This document shows, piece after piece, positions 45,096 to 54,611 of a stretch of 64,000 nt of DNA (its first letter is position 1; every line of letters begins with the position of its first letter). The stretch comes from Candidatus Woesearchaeota archaeon (lineage in GTDB: Archaea > Nanobdellota > Nanobdellia > Woesearchaeales > SM23-78): positions 6,691-70,690 of the forward strand of contig JAFGGS010000003.1 in assembly GCA_016930415.1 (NCBI GenBank), in the 5' to 3' direction. The notes under the pieces are model-generated. The model ran no database searches, was not told where the DNA came from, and saw nothing but the letters and a program-made list of their open reading frames with translations. The position numbers and the translations under genes are program-made.

Positions 45096-46886
45096 ATGTT
45101 GGATCTGAGGGAGATTACTGAACAAGAGTGGAAGATTCTCAGGGCTATCGATCCAAAGACGATTCCTGAGCTGTCTTGCGCGGCCGAGAACATTTACATC
45201 GTAGCCTCGATAGATGAGATCCTTAATCCTATAATAAGGAAGAACGATGTCATAGTTGTCTGCGGAGCGTTCTTCGGTGACGAAGGCAAGGGCAAGATAG
45301 TGGATGCCATCGCGAATCATCCTGATATTAGGGTGATTGCGAGGGTGAATAGCGGCGAGAACGCAGGCCACACTGTCTGGCATGATGGCAGGAAATACGT
45401 CTTCCACTTGGCGCCTAGCGGCCTTCTCATCCCTGGCAAGACCAATGTGATCGGTCCTGAGTGCGTCATGGACCCTGTGAGCTTCATGGAAGATGAGCTA
45501 AGCCAGGTCCTAAGGGACGACATCACTCCTGATCTTGTTGTCGGCAACGTCCACATAGTGGCTCCTTATCACAAGCTTGCTGACCTTGCAAGGAATGGCA
45601 GGAGCAACAGCTCCACACTCAAGGGCATGAGCCCTGTGCATGCTAGCAAGGCTGTAAAGGCTTGTGTGCGGCTTGACCAGTTGTTTGGCTCAAGAGATAA
45701 GCTAACCAGGGCAATCAGGAGGGATTTGGAGTTCTCTTACAATCCTATCATGCAGATCACGAGCGAAGAAGAGCTGCTTGAGAGATGCGCTGAGATCAAT
45801 GAGCGTGCAAAAAAGCGAGACACCCCTGGGATTCCGAGTCATCTGATAGGTTTCCTTGAGGCGCCCACTGGAGAGAAGGCGGATTACCTTATCGACCTTT
45901 ACTTGCAGACAGTCATGAACAAGCAGTTCCCGAAGAGAGGGGATGCGCTCAGGATTATAGATACTGCTTTAAGACAAAACGAGAAAGTCCTTCTTGAAGC
46001 TGCGCAGGCATACTACCTCTCAAACGGGGTCGAGACTCACTTCGGAAGCTCGACTAGCGCAAACACTACAAGCGCAGGCACAAAAGCAGCCGCTGGCTAC
46101 AACCAGGAAAAGTATCGTTCAGCCACGATCAACGTCACGAAGTTTCCGCCTTCAAGAGTTGGCAGAGGCGCTAATCCCTGCGGCCTCGTGCCTCAGACGT
46201 TCTTCTCTGACAGGAAGTATAACAGCCTTGATGACCTCGCTGGCGTTTGCGAAGACTTTGATGGGATCCAGGCAGCGTTCTGGAAGAGCATAGGAGAGAA
46301 CGGCATCCTCAAGAAAGAGTATTACACTGATGCTGATGGCAAACATTACTTGCTCTGCGAGACTATGGCCATCTCGAGTTCAAGAAAGCACGGTGAATGC
46401 GGTGCGACTACCAAGAAGCCAAGAGTCCTTGGAATAATGGATTGCGTAGCCCAGCACCACGTGAACCAGAAGCAAGGACCATATCTCTCTATCTCAGCCC
46501 TTGACAGGGGGGATGAGTACGACAAGATCGGACTAGTCGTGGCTTATGTTGTGCTTCGAGAGGGCGAGTCTAATGGCGCGACTTACATGCCTGGCCAGAT
46601 CATCAGGCCTGGCGACCAGCTCCCTAACGAGCAGGTGCTCGAGAACTGCCTGCCGGTGATCAAGGTCATGGATGGATGGAAAGATGATCCTATCGGCGGC
46701 CGAAAGTTCCAGCCTGGCAAGGATCTTCCAAGAGCATTAAATAATTTCATCGGGGTTTACGCTAAGATTACGGGAAGCAATGTAATAAACTTCGGGAACG
46801 GCCAGGATACCAAAGCCTTAGTCTACATCCAGAAGAGCGAACCTGACATTCTCACCTGCTGCGATTATGGAGAGGAATTGGATTAG
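45096..46886 (+). CDS. purA: Adenylosuccinate synthetase, long form
   Basis: FGDEGKGK, NAGHTV, ECGATTKKPR, GNG; 596 aa. Confidence 0.9.
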   Translation: MLDLREITEQEWKILRAIDPKTIPELSCAAENIYIVASIDEILNPIIRKNDVIVVCGAFFGDEGKGKIVDAIANHPDIRVIARVNSGENAGHTVWHDGRKYVFHLAPSGLLIPGKTNVIGPECVMDPVSFMEDELSQVLRDDITPDLVVGNVHIVAPYHKLADLARNGRSNSSTLKGMSPVHASKAVKACVRLDQLFGSRDKLTRAIRRDLEFSYNPIMQITSEEELLERCAEINERAKKRDTPGIPSHLIGFLEAPTGEKADYLIDLYLQTVMNKQFPKRGDALRIIDTALRQNEKVLLEAAQAYYLSNGVETHFGSSTSANTTSAGTKAAAGYNQEKYRSATINVTKFPPSRVGRGANPCGLVPQTFFSDRKYNSLDDLAGVCEDFDGIQAAFWKSIGENGILKKEYYTDADGKHYLLCETMAISSSRKHGECGATTKKPRVLGIMDCVAQHHVNQKQGPYLSISALDRGDEYDKIGLVVAYVVLREGESNGATYMPGQIIRPGDQLPNEQVLENCLPVIKVMDGWKDDPIGGRKFQPGKDLPRALNNFIGVYAKITGSNVINFGNGQDTKALVYIQKSEPDILTCCDYGEELD

Positions 46887-46901
46887 CAGGGCAGGAGACT
46901 A

Positions 46902-47411
46902 TCAGGAGAATTCCAACTCGTACCTGTCCACTGTCTTGTTGTCGCTTTTCCAGTGGAACGCTGCGCGCGCTATCCTCTTGCCTTGAAGCAGCGGCGTAAG
47001 CCAGGTCTTGTCAGAATCCCACATCCGGTCGTATGGCAGTGCGCTCGCCCTGAACCACTCAGCCCTCGCCATCTCATCTGTCTCAGTCGGCTCGCCAGTC
47101 CACTTCCTTGCGAAGTAGACGTACACGCGCTGGTTCCACTCAGGCTTGCTGGGAAAATAGAACTTAAGGCATCCCTTGTATTCAAGGTCGTTCACGTCCA
47201 CCTTCAGCCCTGACTCTTCATTGATCTCCCTGACTGCAGTATCCTCGAACGTTTCATCCTTTGAGATGTCATACTTCCCTCCAAAGCCATTGTAGTTGCC
47301 GTCTCCCTGGCCGATTTTCTTGCGGCTAAGCAGCACCTCTAGAAGCGCATCAGACCCTCTAAGAAGAAAACTCAAGGTCCTATCGGTCCTGATCTCGAGG
47401 TCAGCCGGCAT
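46902..47411 (-). CDS. NUDIX hydrolase (MutT/MTH1-like)
   Basis: NGFGGK...AVREINEESGL, ETDEM..WF...LPYDRMW.SD..W. Confidence 0.88.
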   Translation of the reverse strand: MPADLEIRTDRTLSFLLRGSDALLEVLLSRKKIGQGDGNYNGFGGKYDISKDETFEDTAVREINEESGLKVDVNDLEYKGCLKFYFPSKPEWNQRVYVYFARKWTGEPTETDEMARAEWFRASALPYDRMWDSDKTWLTPLLQGKRIARAAFHWKSDNKTVDRYELEFS

Positions 47412-47452
47412 TTGAAAATGAAAAGATACTCTTAAGGGCGGAACGTCGTTAT

Positions 47453-48190
47453 TTAGTCGTTGTCAACTCTTGGCGCGAGTATGAACACTAGCTGGACTGC
47501 GTCCTTGACGACGTATTCAAGCCTTAAGGGATAGTCTTTTGAGAACTGTATCTTGACCTTGTCGCTGAGCTTTGCGCCTGATATCATCTTCTTCAGGTAC
47601 TCAATCGAATACTTCGCCCTTGCCTTGTCCTTGACGTCCATCTCAGTCCCCTTGCCAGGGTCGACTTCTATGACTAGCTTGTTGTTGTCGCCCGAGGCTT
47701 GGATTGTGAGCTTTTTTGGCTCTGCCTCGAAGCTGACTGACTCTGCGACTATGTCCGCGTCTTCTATCGCGTCGTTCAATAGGCTTGAATCAGCGATTAT
47801 GGTCGCATTGAACTTCAGGTCTGGCTCTTTCTTGTCAGACTCCTCTGCCGGCAGGAGAGGAAGCTGGAAGGTCCTCTTAGTGGTGCCCTGGAACGTGACT
47901 TTCAGCTTGTTCTTCTCCACCTCGAGTGTTATCTGGTCATTCGCCTTGGCCCTCTTGAGCACCTGCTTTAGGTTATTCAAGTTGATTCCGATGGTGACTG
48001 GCTCCTTCACGTCGTACTCAGTGAAGGTGGATCCCATCAGCTTGTAGATGACCATGGCGACGTTGGCCGGGTCCATGGCTGTCAGCTCTATAGAGTCAGG
48101 CGTTATCTTGAAGTTGACCTCTACAACGAGGTCAGAGATGACTGCAATGCTATCCTTAAAGTATTTTGCATCAGCAAGAGTAAGCTTCAT
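47453..48190 (-). CDS. pcn: DNA polymerase sliding clamp PCNA
   Basis: AMDPANVAM, KYSIEYLKK, DYPLRL, FILAPRV. Confidence 0.95.
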   Translation of the reverse strand: MKLTLADAKYFKDSIAVISDLVVEVNFKITPDSIELTAMDPANVAMVIYKLMGSTFTEYDVKEPVTIGINLNNLKQVLKRAKANDQITLEVEKNKLKVTFQGTTKRTFQLPLLPAEESDKKEPDLKFNATIIADSSLLNDAIEDADIVAESVSFEAEPKKLTIQASGDNNKLVIEVDPGKGTEMDVKDKARAKYSIEYLKKMISGAKLSDKVKIQFSKDYPLRLEYVVKDAVQLVFILAPRVDND

Positions 48191-48335
48191 ATTTACATCC
48201 CCCACATGAATTATTCTTGAGTATGCTTATGAATAACAAGGTCTAATATTTAAGGTTTATGCTGGAAAAAGGGTTTTTGCCCTGATTCTGCAAGAACTCC
48301 CAAGACGACGGATGCTAGCAGGACTCTCTTTTGTC

Positions 48336-49679
48336 TTAGAGCGTTATCCGCTCCCCGTTCTTGAGTATCTTCACGTCTTCTGACTTGTAGCCTAGTTCCA
48401 TGGCTAGTTCTCTGGTGAGCGCTAGCTTCTCTGCTGGCGCGTGCGTAGGGATTATTATTTTTGGCCTGAGGAGCTTAATCATCTCCCGGTGGTCTTCCCT
48501 GTAGGCGTGTCCTGAGACGTGGACGTCTGTGAATATCCTCACTTTCATCTTCTTGAGCTCTGCGTCGAGCCTTTCACGGTTCCTCACGTTGCTCTCTACA
48601 GGGATTACGCTGCATGAGAATATCACGTTGTCCTCTTCCTTGAACTTGAAGAGGTGGCTAAACACCATCCTTGGCAGGATGCTGCCCGGCTCTGCCTGGT
48701 GTCCTGTCACGACGAAGAGGCACTTCTCAGGGTTCTTGACCTTTCCGAAGTACTTCTTGACTTGGCTTCCGTACTTGACCATCTCGACCTTCCTGGTCAG
48801 GTCTGCCACGCCGGCCTTCTTCGCGGCTGTGACGTACTTGTCAAAGCTCCTGCCTATGAGTATCACTCTTCGCTTGAGCTTGCGCCCCAAGTCGATTATG
48901 GTATTAAGCCTTGCGATGTGGCTTGCGAACGTGGTCACGACTATCGCGTTGCCTTTCGAGTTCACTCCTAGGAGAACGTCTTTTAGCATCTCCCGCGCTA
49001 TGCTCTCTGATGGCGTCTTGCTGTTCTTATGCGCGTAGAGCGTGTCCATGATCAGGACTTTTACTCCTTTCTTGCCGATCTCAGTCAGTCTCTGATAATC
49101 TGGCTTCTCTCCTAGGACTGGCGCGTTGTCTAGCTTGAAGTCAAGCACGTATGCCACTGTCCCTTCTGGCGTGTGAACCATTATTGACGCGGTCTGCGGG
49201 ACTGAGTGCGTCATCCTGACGAACTCTATTGACATGTCCTTTGATATCTTGAATCTCGAGCTTTCATTGTGCGCGTGGAACTTGTTCTTGAGCCTTGTCC
49301 TGTCGCTTATCAGCATCTGCTTCAACACTTCTATCGTGTATTTTGTCCCGTGGATGCCTGCGTTAGGGAACTTGTTTGCGAGGAACGGCACCGCTCCAAG
49401 GTGGTCCAGGTGCGCGTGGCTTATGCAGATCGCCTTGACTTTCGGGATCAGTTCCTTTATCTGGTTGATGTCCGGGACTGCTCCTGCTTTCATCAGCGCT
49501 TCCGCGCTCATGTCCGGCTTCTCGCCAAGATCGTCTCTTTCGTCATCGTCTGTGTAGGCGATGTAGTTGTCCATGTGGAGGCCCAGGTCCAGGATGACTG
49601 CGTCATCCCCATATTTTACCAGGGTGCTGTTTCTGCCCACTTCGGAGAATCCTCCGATCGGGATAATTTCTAATTTCAT
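48336..49679 (-). CDS. rnj: Archaeal RNase J (beta-CASP metallo-beta-lactamase)
   Basis: GGFSEVGRN, SHAHLDHLG, THSVP, DFKLD, TTFASH, HVSGHA, IPTH. Confidence 0.92.
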   Translation of the reverse strand: MKLEIIPIGGFSEVGRNSTLVKYGDDAVILDLGLHMDNYIAYTDDDERDDLGEKPDMSAEALMKAGAVPDINQIKELIPKVKAICISHAHLDHLGAVPFLANKFPNAGIHGTKYTIEVLKQMLISDRTRLKNKFHAHNESSRFKISKDMSIEFVRMTHSVPQTASIMVHTPEGTVAYVLDFKLDNAPVLGEKPDYQRLTEIGKKGVKVLIMDTLYAHKNSKTPSESIAREMLKDVLLGVNSKGNAIVVTTFASHIARLNTIIDLGRKLKRRVILIGRSFDKYVTAAKKAGVADLTRKVEMVKYGSQVKKYFGKVKNPEKCLFVVTGHQAEPGSILPRMVFSHLFKFKEEDNVIFSCSVIPVESNVRNRERLDAELKKMKVRIFTDVHVSGHAYREDHREMIKLLRPKIIIPTHAPAEKLALTRELAMELGYKSEDVKILKNGERITL

Positions 49680-49989
49680 TTTGTTTTTTACCTCTATTAA
49701 TCTGTAATCTGTCTTATTCATCCAGATTATAAACTTATCTTTTTGTTTGTTTTATTCTTGTTTTTTTCGAGAAAGAAATCGTATTTTTTCACTCAAGAGT
49801 TTGGGTTCAAAATTTTAATTCTTATCTCTGTTTTAGCATATGAAAAAATCTGCATTTATAAAGGTTTCGATTTTAATCACTCTTTAATAGCGAACGCGAG
49901 CGAAGCCTGCTTAAAGGGCTTCAAACCAAGATTTAAATACCACCAAGCCAACACAAACCCCAAACAGACGCACAAGGGGGTGCAGACAG

Positions 49990-50358
49990 ATGGGTTTCAT
50001 GAGTGAGTTCAAGGAGTTCGCAGTGAAAGGCAACGCAGTCGACCTCGCGATAGGAGTAGTCATAGGCGCGGCCTTCGGAAAGATAGTGAATAGCATAGTC
50101 GAGGACATAATCATGCCTCCGATAGGGTTGCTATTAGGAGGGGTTGACTTCATAAACCTCTACATCCCGCTAAAACCAGTCGCTGCAGGCACGACACTCG
50201 CGGCAGCAAGGGAAGCGGCGATACCCGTGATCGCCTACGGAAATTTCCTAAACATCGTGATAAACTTCGCGATCATCGCGCTCACGATCTTCATCGTCGT
50301 GAAGCAGATAAACCGCTTGAGGAAAGGAAAAGCCGCTCCTGAAGCCAAGAAGAAGTGA
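49990..50358 (+). CDS. mscL: Large-conductance mechanosensitive channel
   Basis: [29 protein letters not shown]. Confidence 0.95.
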   Translation: MGFMSEFKEFAVKGNAVDLAIGVVIGAAFGKIVNSIVEDIIMPPIGLLLGGVDFINLYIPLKPVAAGTTLAAAREAAIPVIAYGNFLNIVINFAIIALTIFIVVKQINRLRKGKAAPEAKKK

Positions 50359-50391
50359 AGCCTGAGGAGAATAAGGCCGACAAATTATTTC

Positions 50392-50976
50392 TTATTTCTT
50401 ACCAACCCTATCCTTTAGTACACCTATCTTCAGGAAGTCAATGACCTCCGCTGCGTGCGTCGCAGGGTTGACCTTGTCAAACACCTTCAGAATCTTCCGA
50501 TCCTTGTCAAGTATGAAAGTCACCCTGGAAATCCCTTTATAGGCCCGGCCCATGAACTTCTTCTCTCCATAGACGCCGTACTTGGCTGAGGCTGAGAAGT
50601 CCGAGTCTGAGAGTAAGAGGAGGTTCAATCCGTGCTTCTCACAGAAACTCTTCTTGGACTTCTCATTTCCTCCAGATACGCCGACGACAGACACGCCGAG
50701 CTTATGAAGCACGGATAAGGCCTTGTTAAACTCCAAAGCCTCTATCGTGCACCCAGGAGTATTATCTTTAGGGTAGAAATAAAGAACGGCGTAAGTCGTC
50801 GTTATGTCTTTCAAGGAATACTGTTTGCCGTCCTTGTCCTTGAGCATGAAATCAGGCGCTGGGGAACCTTCAATTCCTGGCGCCGGAAAAAACAAGGTTT
50901 TTCTGGCGCGAAGAGCTTTGCTCTTCTGCGCGAGAAATCTCGGATTTCCCTGTGCTTTTGAACCCTCCCCGATCAT
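50392..50976 (-). CDS. bcp: Peroxiredoxin, BCP/PrxQ family (start uncertain)
   Basis: LYFYPKDNTPGCTIEA, FCEKH, RVTFIL. Confidence 0.9.
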   Translation of the reverse strand: MIGEGSKAQGNPRFLAQKSKALRARKTLFFPAPGIEGSPAPDFMLKDKDGKQYSLKDITTTYAVLYFYPKDNTPGCTIEALEFNKALSVLHKLGVSVVGVSGGNEKSKKSFCEKHGLNLLLLSDSDFSASAKYGVYGEKKFMGRAYKGISRVTFILDKDRKILKVFDKVNPATHAAEVIDFLKIGVLKDRVGKK

Positions 50977-51056
50977 GATAATCGCCTCAGTGCTATAATA
51001 CCCTTAAGAAAAAGCAGCGTAGCTAAATGACTTGTCTTTAACACTAAAAACGCGTT

Positions 51057-51620
51057 TTAAGGCGCCGGCCTGAAGACCAGTTCAGGCCGCCTATCAAAGT
51101 ACCTGGTCACTTCTAGAGGATGAAACTTGAATCTTGCGTAGCTTATCGAATAATAGCTCATCACAGAATCATGAGAAGGAAGTGGATGAGGATAATCTTT
51201 CTTCATCCCCAAGACCAGGTCTTGCCATGAAGAGAATCCTCCCTTCTTAAGCTCTTCTTGCGTGAAATCAACGGGATGGGCGATGACAAGCCTGTCAATG
51301 TTCAGAAGACCTCTTGGAAAGGGTTCAAGTCCGCCCTCACTCCCAGCATTGTAGGCGTAGACAGGGATAATCCTATACTTAGGGATCAGCAAGCGCTCAT
51401 CCAGGAACCTGAAAACCCCTCTTCTTCTCGCCCCAGTCGCATAGGGGGCAAAATCCAAGCCTGAAGGTTCAAAGCTTGCAGGAGGAAAGTTTAAAAGATC
51501 ATCTACGAATATCCTCAAGTCAAGCGCCTCTGCTCGCTTTCCTAAAGCAACCTTTACCGCAGGCTCTACCAGACCAAGAGAATCCTGCTCACACTTCATC
51601 AAATCGAATTCTTGTCTCAC
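51057..51620 (-). CDS. Hypothetical protein with an ASCH/PUA-like C-terminal signature
   Basis: GTG start with SD GAGGTG; DFTQEELKKGGFSSWQDL...YP...VMSYY resembles the ASCH C-terminal motif. Confidence 0.5.
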   Translation of the reverse strand: MRQEFDLMKCEQDSLGLVEPAVKVALGKRAEALDLRIFVDDLLNFPPASFEPSGLDFAPYATGARRRGVFRFLDERLLIPKYRIIPVYAYNAGSEGGLEPFPRGLLNIDRLVIAHPVDFTQEELKKGGFSSWQDLVLGMKKDYPHPLPSHDSVMSYYSISYARFKFHPLEVTRYFDRRPELVFRPAP

Positions 51621-51793
51621 AGCAAAACCACCTCGATAACATCGGTGAAAGAGTCTAAGGATAAAAAATCTACAGATAGACAGAACTGCAAAAAAAACAG
51701 TTCTGAATCCACAGTTTACTGCGCAAGCGGAAAACAGAAAACAAAAAAACGTTTTCTGAATCCGCATCTCCGTTTTGCTCTGCAAAACTCCGC

Positions 51794-51877
51794 TGCGGAT
51801 GACAGGATTTGAACCTGTGTAGGCACTAAGCCGACAGATCTTGAGTCTGTTCCGTTTGACCGCTCCGGCACATCCGC
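51794..51877 (-). tRNA. tRNA-Leu(CAA), no intron, CCA not encoded
   Basis: GCGGATG/CATCCGC acceptor stem, ACAGA-CTCAAGA-TCTGT anticodon arm, long variable arm, GGTTCAAATCC T-arm; upstream TATA at ~51910-51917. Confidence 0.96.
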
Positions 51878-51940
51878 AATAAAGTATTCTCTCTAGAACA
51901 AGGATTTTCTTTATAAGTTTTATTCTTTAGAAATGCGTTT

Positions 51941-52591
51941 TCACAGGTCTTTTAGCTTCTTGTGTATGCTCTTGAGGGTATCTCCTATTTCCCGTCCTAG
52001 TTCCTTGGTCTGCCTCTTAGGCATCGCGTGCTTTTCCTCTCTTAGCTCTTCCTTAGGCTCTTCTCTCTCCTCTTTGACTTTCGTGTTCGTGATGTTCTCC
52101 ATCTTGTCCTCTACGTCCTCGAGTTTCACTGTGAGCCTTTCGATCTCGCTCCTCGCGCGTTCTGGAGCAGGAGACTCTTTCCTCTTGGGGCTTGGAGCAG
52201 GCTCTTCTTCCTTCCTCTCCTTCCTGCGTGTCCTAGGCTCAAGGTCTAGTGCTGGGAAGTACTTGGCGGTCTCGTGCTTTGCGTAGTGAGGCAGGTATTC
52301 CTCTATCTTCTGTATGAGTAGACGTATCTCTTTGATCTCCCTGTTCAGCTCTGAGAGCTTGCCCAGCTTCCTGTGCCGAAGCTCTTTTAGCGTGTATAAT
52401 CCCTTCAGCACTCCAAGGGTCGACTTCGAGGCTTCCAAGAGGTTCCTCCTGAAGAGCACTGGCCGCTCTATCCTCATGAAGAACTCCTTGTCGGGCATGA
52501 ATTCGTGCTTCAGGGCGTGGTGAGGGTGGCTGGGCTCTGCCTGGCCTTCCTCGTTCGTTCTCCTTATGTGCTTCTTGCGATACTTAGGCAT
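51941..52591 (-). CDS. Hypothetical coiled-coil protein
   Basis: FFMRIERPVLFRRNLLE followed by heptad-rich charged helices; third gene of an operon. Confidence 0.75.
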   Translation of the reverse strand: MPKYRKKHIRRTNEEGQAEPSHPHHALKHEFMPDKEFFMRIERPVLFRRNLLEASKSTLGVLKGLYTLKELRHRKLGKLSELNREIKEIRLLIQKIEEYLPHYAKHETAKYFPALDLEPRTRRKERKEEEPAPSPKRKESPAPERARSEIERLTVKLEDVEDKMENITNTKVKEEREEPKEELREEKHAMPKRQTKELGREIGDTLKSIHKKLKDL

Positions 52592-52605
52592 CAGTATATC
52601 CCTTT

Positions 52606-52827
52606 CTACTCGTTCATCTCGTCCTTTATGACATCCATCTTGTGGGTTATGTCATCGATATTCTTCTGCCACAAGGCGATCTCTTCGTCTTCCTTGTGCT
52701 TGAGCTCTTCTATCTCTGAGAGGACGTCCTTCGCCCCTTCAAGCTTCTTGTCTATGGCGTCGATTATCTCTAGGATGTCCTTGTACTTCTCTATCTTCAC
52801 GAAAACAGGATTTGAGTCGCTTATCAA
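52606..52827 (-). CDS. Small hypothetical coiled-coil protein
   Basis: TTG with SD GAGGTGA; PVFVKIEKYKDIL + helical hairpin. Confidence 0.8.
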   Translation of the reverse strand: MISDSNPVFVKIEKYKDILEIIDAIDKKLEGAKDVLSEIEELKHKEDEEIALWQKNIDDITHKMDVIKDEMNE

Positions 52828-52846
52828 TCTGGTTCACCTCGAAAAG

Positions 52847-53551
52847 CTAGTTCTCGAACAGTTTGTTGTCGATAATCATCAGTTTGTCCTGGATCGCGTT
52901 CAGCTCCGCAGAGAGCATGTTATACCTCTCAAGCCTTCCCTTGTAGGTCTCTTCCATCGTGCTCTCCTCTGTGCGTCTGGTCATGATCCGAGCCTTGCTT
53001 AGCTCTTCCTTCGCCCTGAAGAAATTCCTTATGTCAAGGTACTTTTCCTTAGGGTAGCTTGATTCCGGCCTGGTACGCCTTGGCTCTGGTATGAAGTTTG
53101 TCTGTACCTCGTCTGCTTGCTCGCTGTACTTCGTGCCTGGGTCGATCGTCCACTTTGCAGGCACCGGAGCTTCTTTCGGGGCTGGCCTGGCTTCCAGGGA
53201 CTTTATCTCATCCTCGTCAAAGTCTGGCAGCTCGAACTCCGCGTCTTCTCCAGTGGATTGCGGCGGAGGGATCGGCACTTGCTGAGAGGGAGGTGCTTGC
53301 GCCGGGGGCGTAGGCACGTCAAAAGCCGGCAGGTTCTTTTGCACCGTGCCAGGCAAAGGTTGCTGGTCCATGGGAGGAACGCCTGGTTGGGGAGGTGGCA
53401 GCATTCCAAGTATCCCTGCTTGTCCTGGCGGCGGTATGTCCAGGCTCGGCGGCGGTCCTGGAGGGGCTTGAAGCAAGGTATTGAAGTCAGGAACCTTAGA
53501 ATTTGACGGCTCTGCCTGCGACGAGTCTTTCTTCTTAGCAAACAGCCCCAT
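52847..53551 (-). CDS. Proline-rich protein with a C-terminal coiled coil
   Basis: SD GAGGTGG; MGLF N-terminus, poly-Pro tracts, C-terminal YLDIRNFFRAKEEL...KLMIIDNKLF. Confidence 0.8.
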   Translation of the reverse strand: MGLFAKKKDSSQAEPSNSKVPDFNTLLQAPPGPPPSLDIPPPGQAGILGMLPPPQPGVPPMDQQPLPGTVQKNLPAFDVPTPPAQAPPSQQVPIPPPQSTGEDAEFELPDFDEDEIKSLEARPAPKEAPVPAKWTIDPGTKYSEQADEVQTNFIPEPRRTRPESSYPKEKYLDIRNFFRAKEELSKARIMTRRTEESTMEETYKGRLERYNMLSAELNAIQDKLMIIDNKLFEN

Positions 53552-53687
53552 TCTCCACCTCTTTTCCGAGTGTTATTTAATTGATACTATTTAAATCTTA
53601 CTGTATCAAAAGAACTGACTCTTCCCAGCCGATAAGCTGCTTCAGAAGAAATTTATTGGAAGCAACACATTATTCGCGGCTTGGCGA

Positions 53688-54455
53688 TCAGCATCTCATC
53701 TCAATCCCTGCCTTTTCTGCGAGGCTTCCAAGTGACAGCTCTCTCTTCTCATCCCAGGGTATTGATGGCGTAAGCTCTGGCCTTAGGGTGTCTTGGTGTA
53801 TTACTGGCGAGAACAGGCAAAGCTCTCTTATCGTGCGCACGTCCTCATCCCTGTTTTCAAGGAGTATATTCTCGATCGTGGTCTTGAGGCATAGGCCTGC
53901 GTATGCGCCTCCGATGTAGAGTTTTCTTCCTGGGAATCCGGATAAGTCTTTCAGGTCAAGCACTTGTCCTGACCTGCTCTCTGTGAAGATGACAAGATCC
54001 ACCAGGCCTTGCTCTAAGAGGAGGCTTGTCGCGGCCGCGTATTGTTGAACCGAGTCTATCAGCACGACGCTGGCTCCTGCACGAGTATCTCTTCGTCTCA
54101 GGAGCGAGAAGAGCCTGTCAAGGTATTGGTCTGCGTCTCTCCTGGTGTCTTGGTTGAGGTGATGTGCATGTCTCAGATGAAGGTATAGCGGGTGGGTGAG
54201 CAAGACCAGGTTTGCGAGCAAGTACTTCTTTGAATGCTCTCTGACGTGCTCTTTGCACTTTGCATACAGTTCTGCTTCTTCTCCTTGCTCGTATCTGCTG
54301 TTCCTTCCATCATTTGCCAGAACGCCTGTTATGTGTTCTCTCCAAGCCTCAAACCTCGGATTGAAGATTGGCCCTTTATGGGAGGCTTGCCGGTCTGCCA
54401 TGGAAATCCCTGGCTTTAGATAATGCTCTATTCTCAGGTCGTAGTGCAAGCCCAT
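53688..54455 (-). CDS. Hypothetical protein (weak isochorismatase-like pattern)
   Basis: 255-aa ORF after a TATA; YIGGAYAGLCL. Confidence 0.65.
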   Translation of the reverse strand: MGLHYDLRIEHYLKPGISMADRQASHKGPIFNPRFEAWREHITGVLANDGRNSRYEQGEEAELYAKCKEHVREHSKKYLLANLVLLTHPLYLHLRHAHHLNQDTRRDADQYLDRLFSLLRRRDTRAGASVVLIDSVQQYAAATSLLLEQGLVDLVIFTESRSGQVLDLKDLSGFPGRKLYIGGAYAGLCLKTTIENILLENRDEDVRTIRELCLFSPVIHQDTLRPELTPSIPWDEKRELSLGSLAEKAGIEMRC

Positions 54456-54611
54456 GGTGCCTTTCAGGAAAGAGGGTGTGATTTAAAAGAGTTACTGGAG
54501 GGAAACGCATGAAAGCGACCGATCCATCCTTATATTGGCCTTTGGCTCATAACATTTAATAAAAACAGCATATCAACTGTTATGAGAGGAGTGTCTTGAG
54601 AGGCGTTTTAA

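Noticed and set aside
54509-54559. 16-codon ORF MKATDPSLYWPLAHNI with an SD upstream of amrS
   Set aside because: No compositional signal, and it overlaps the likely amrS promoter; probably chance.
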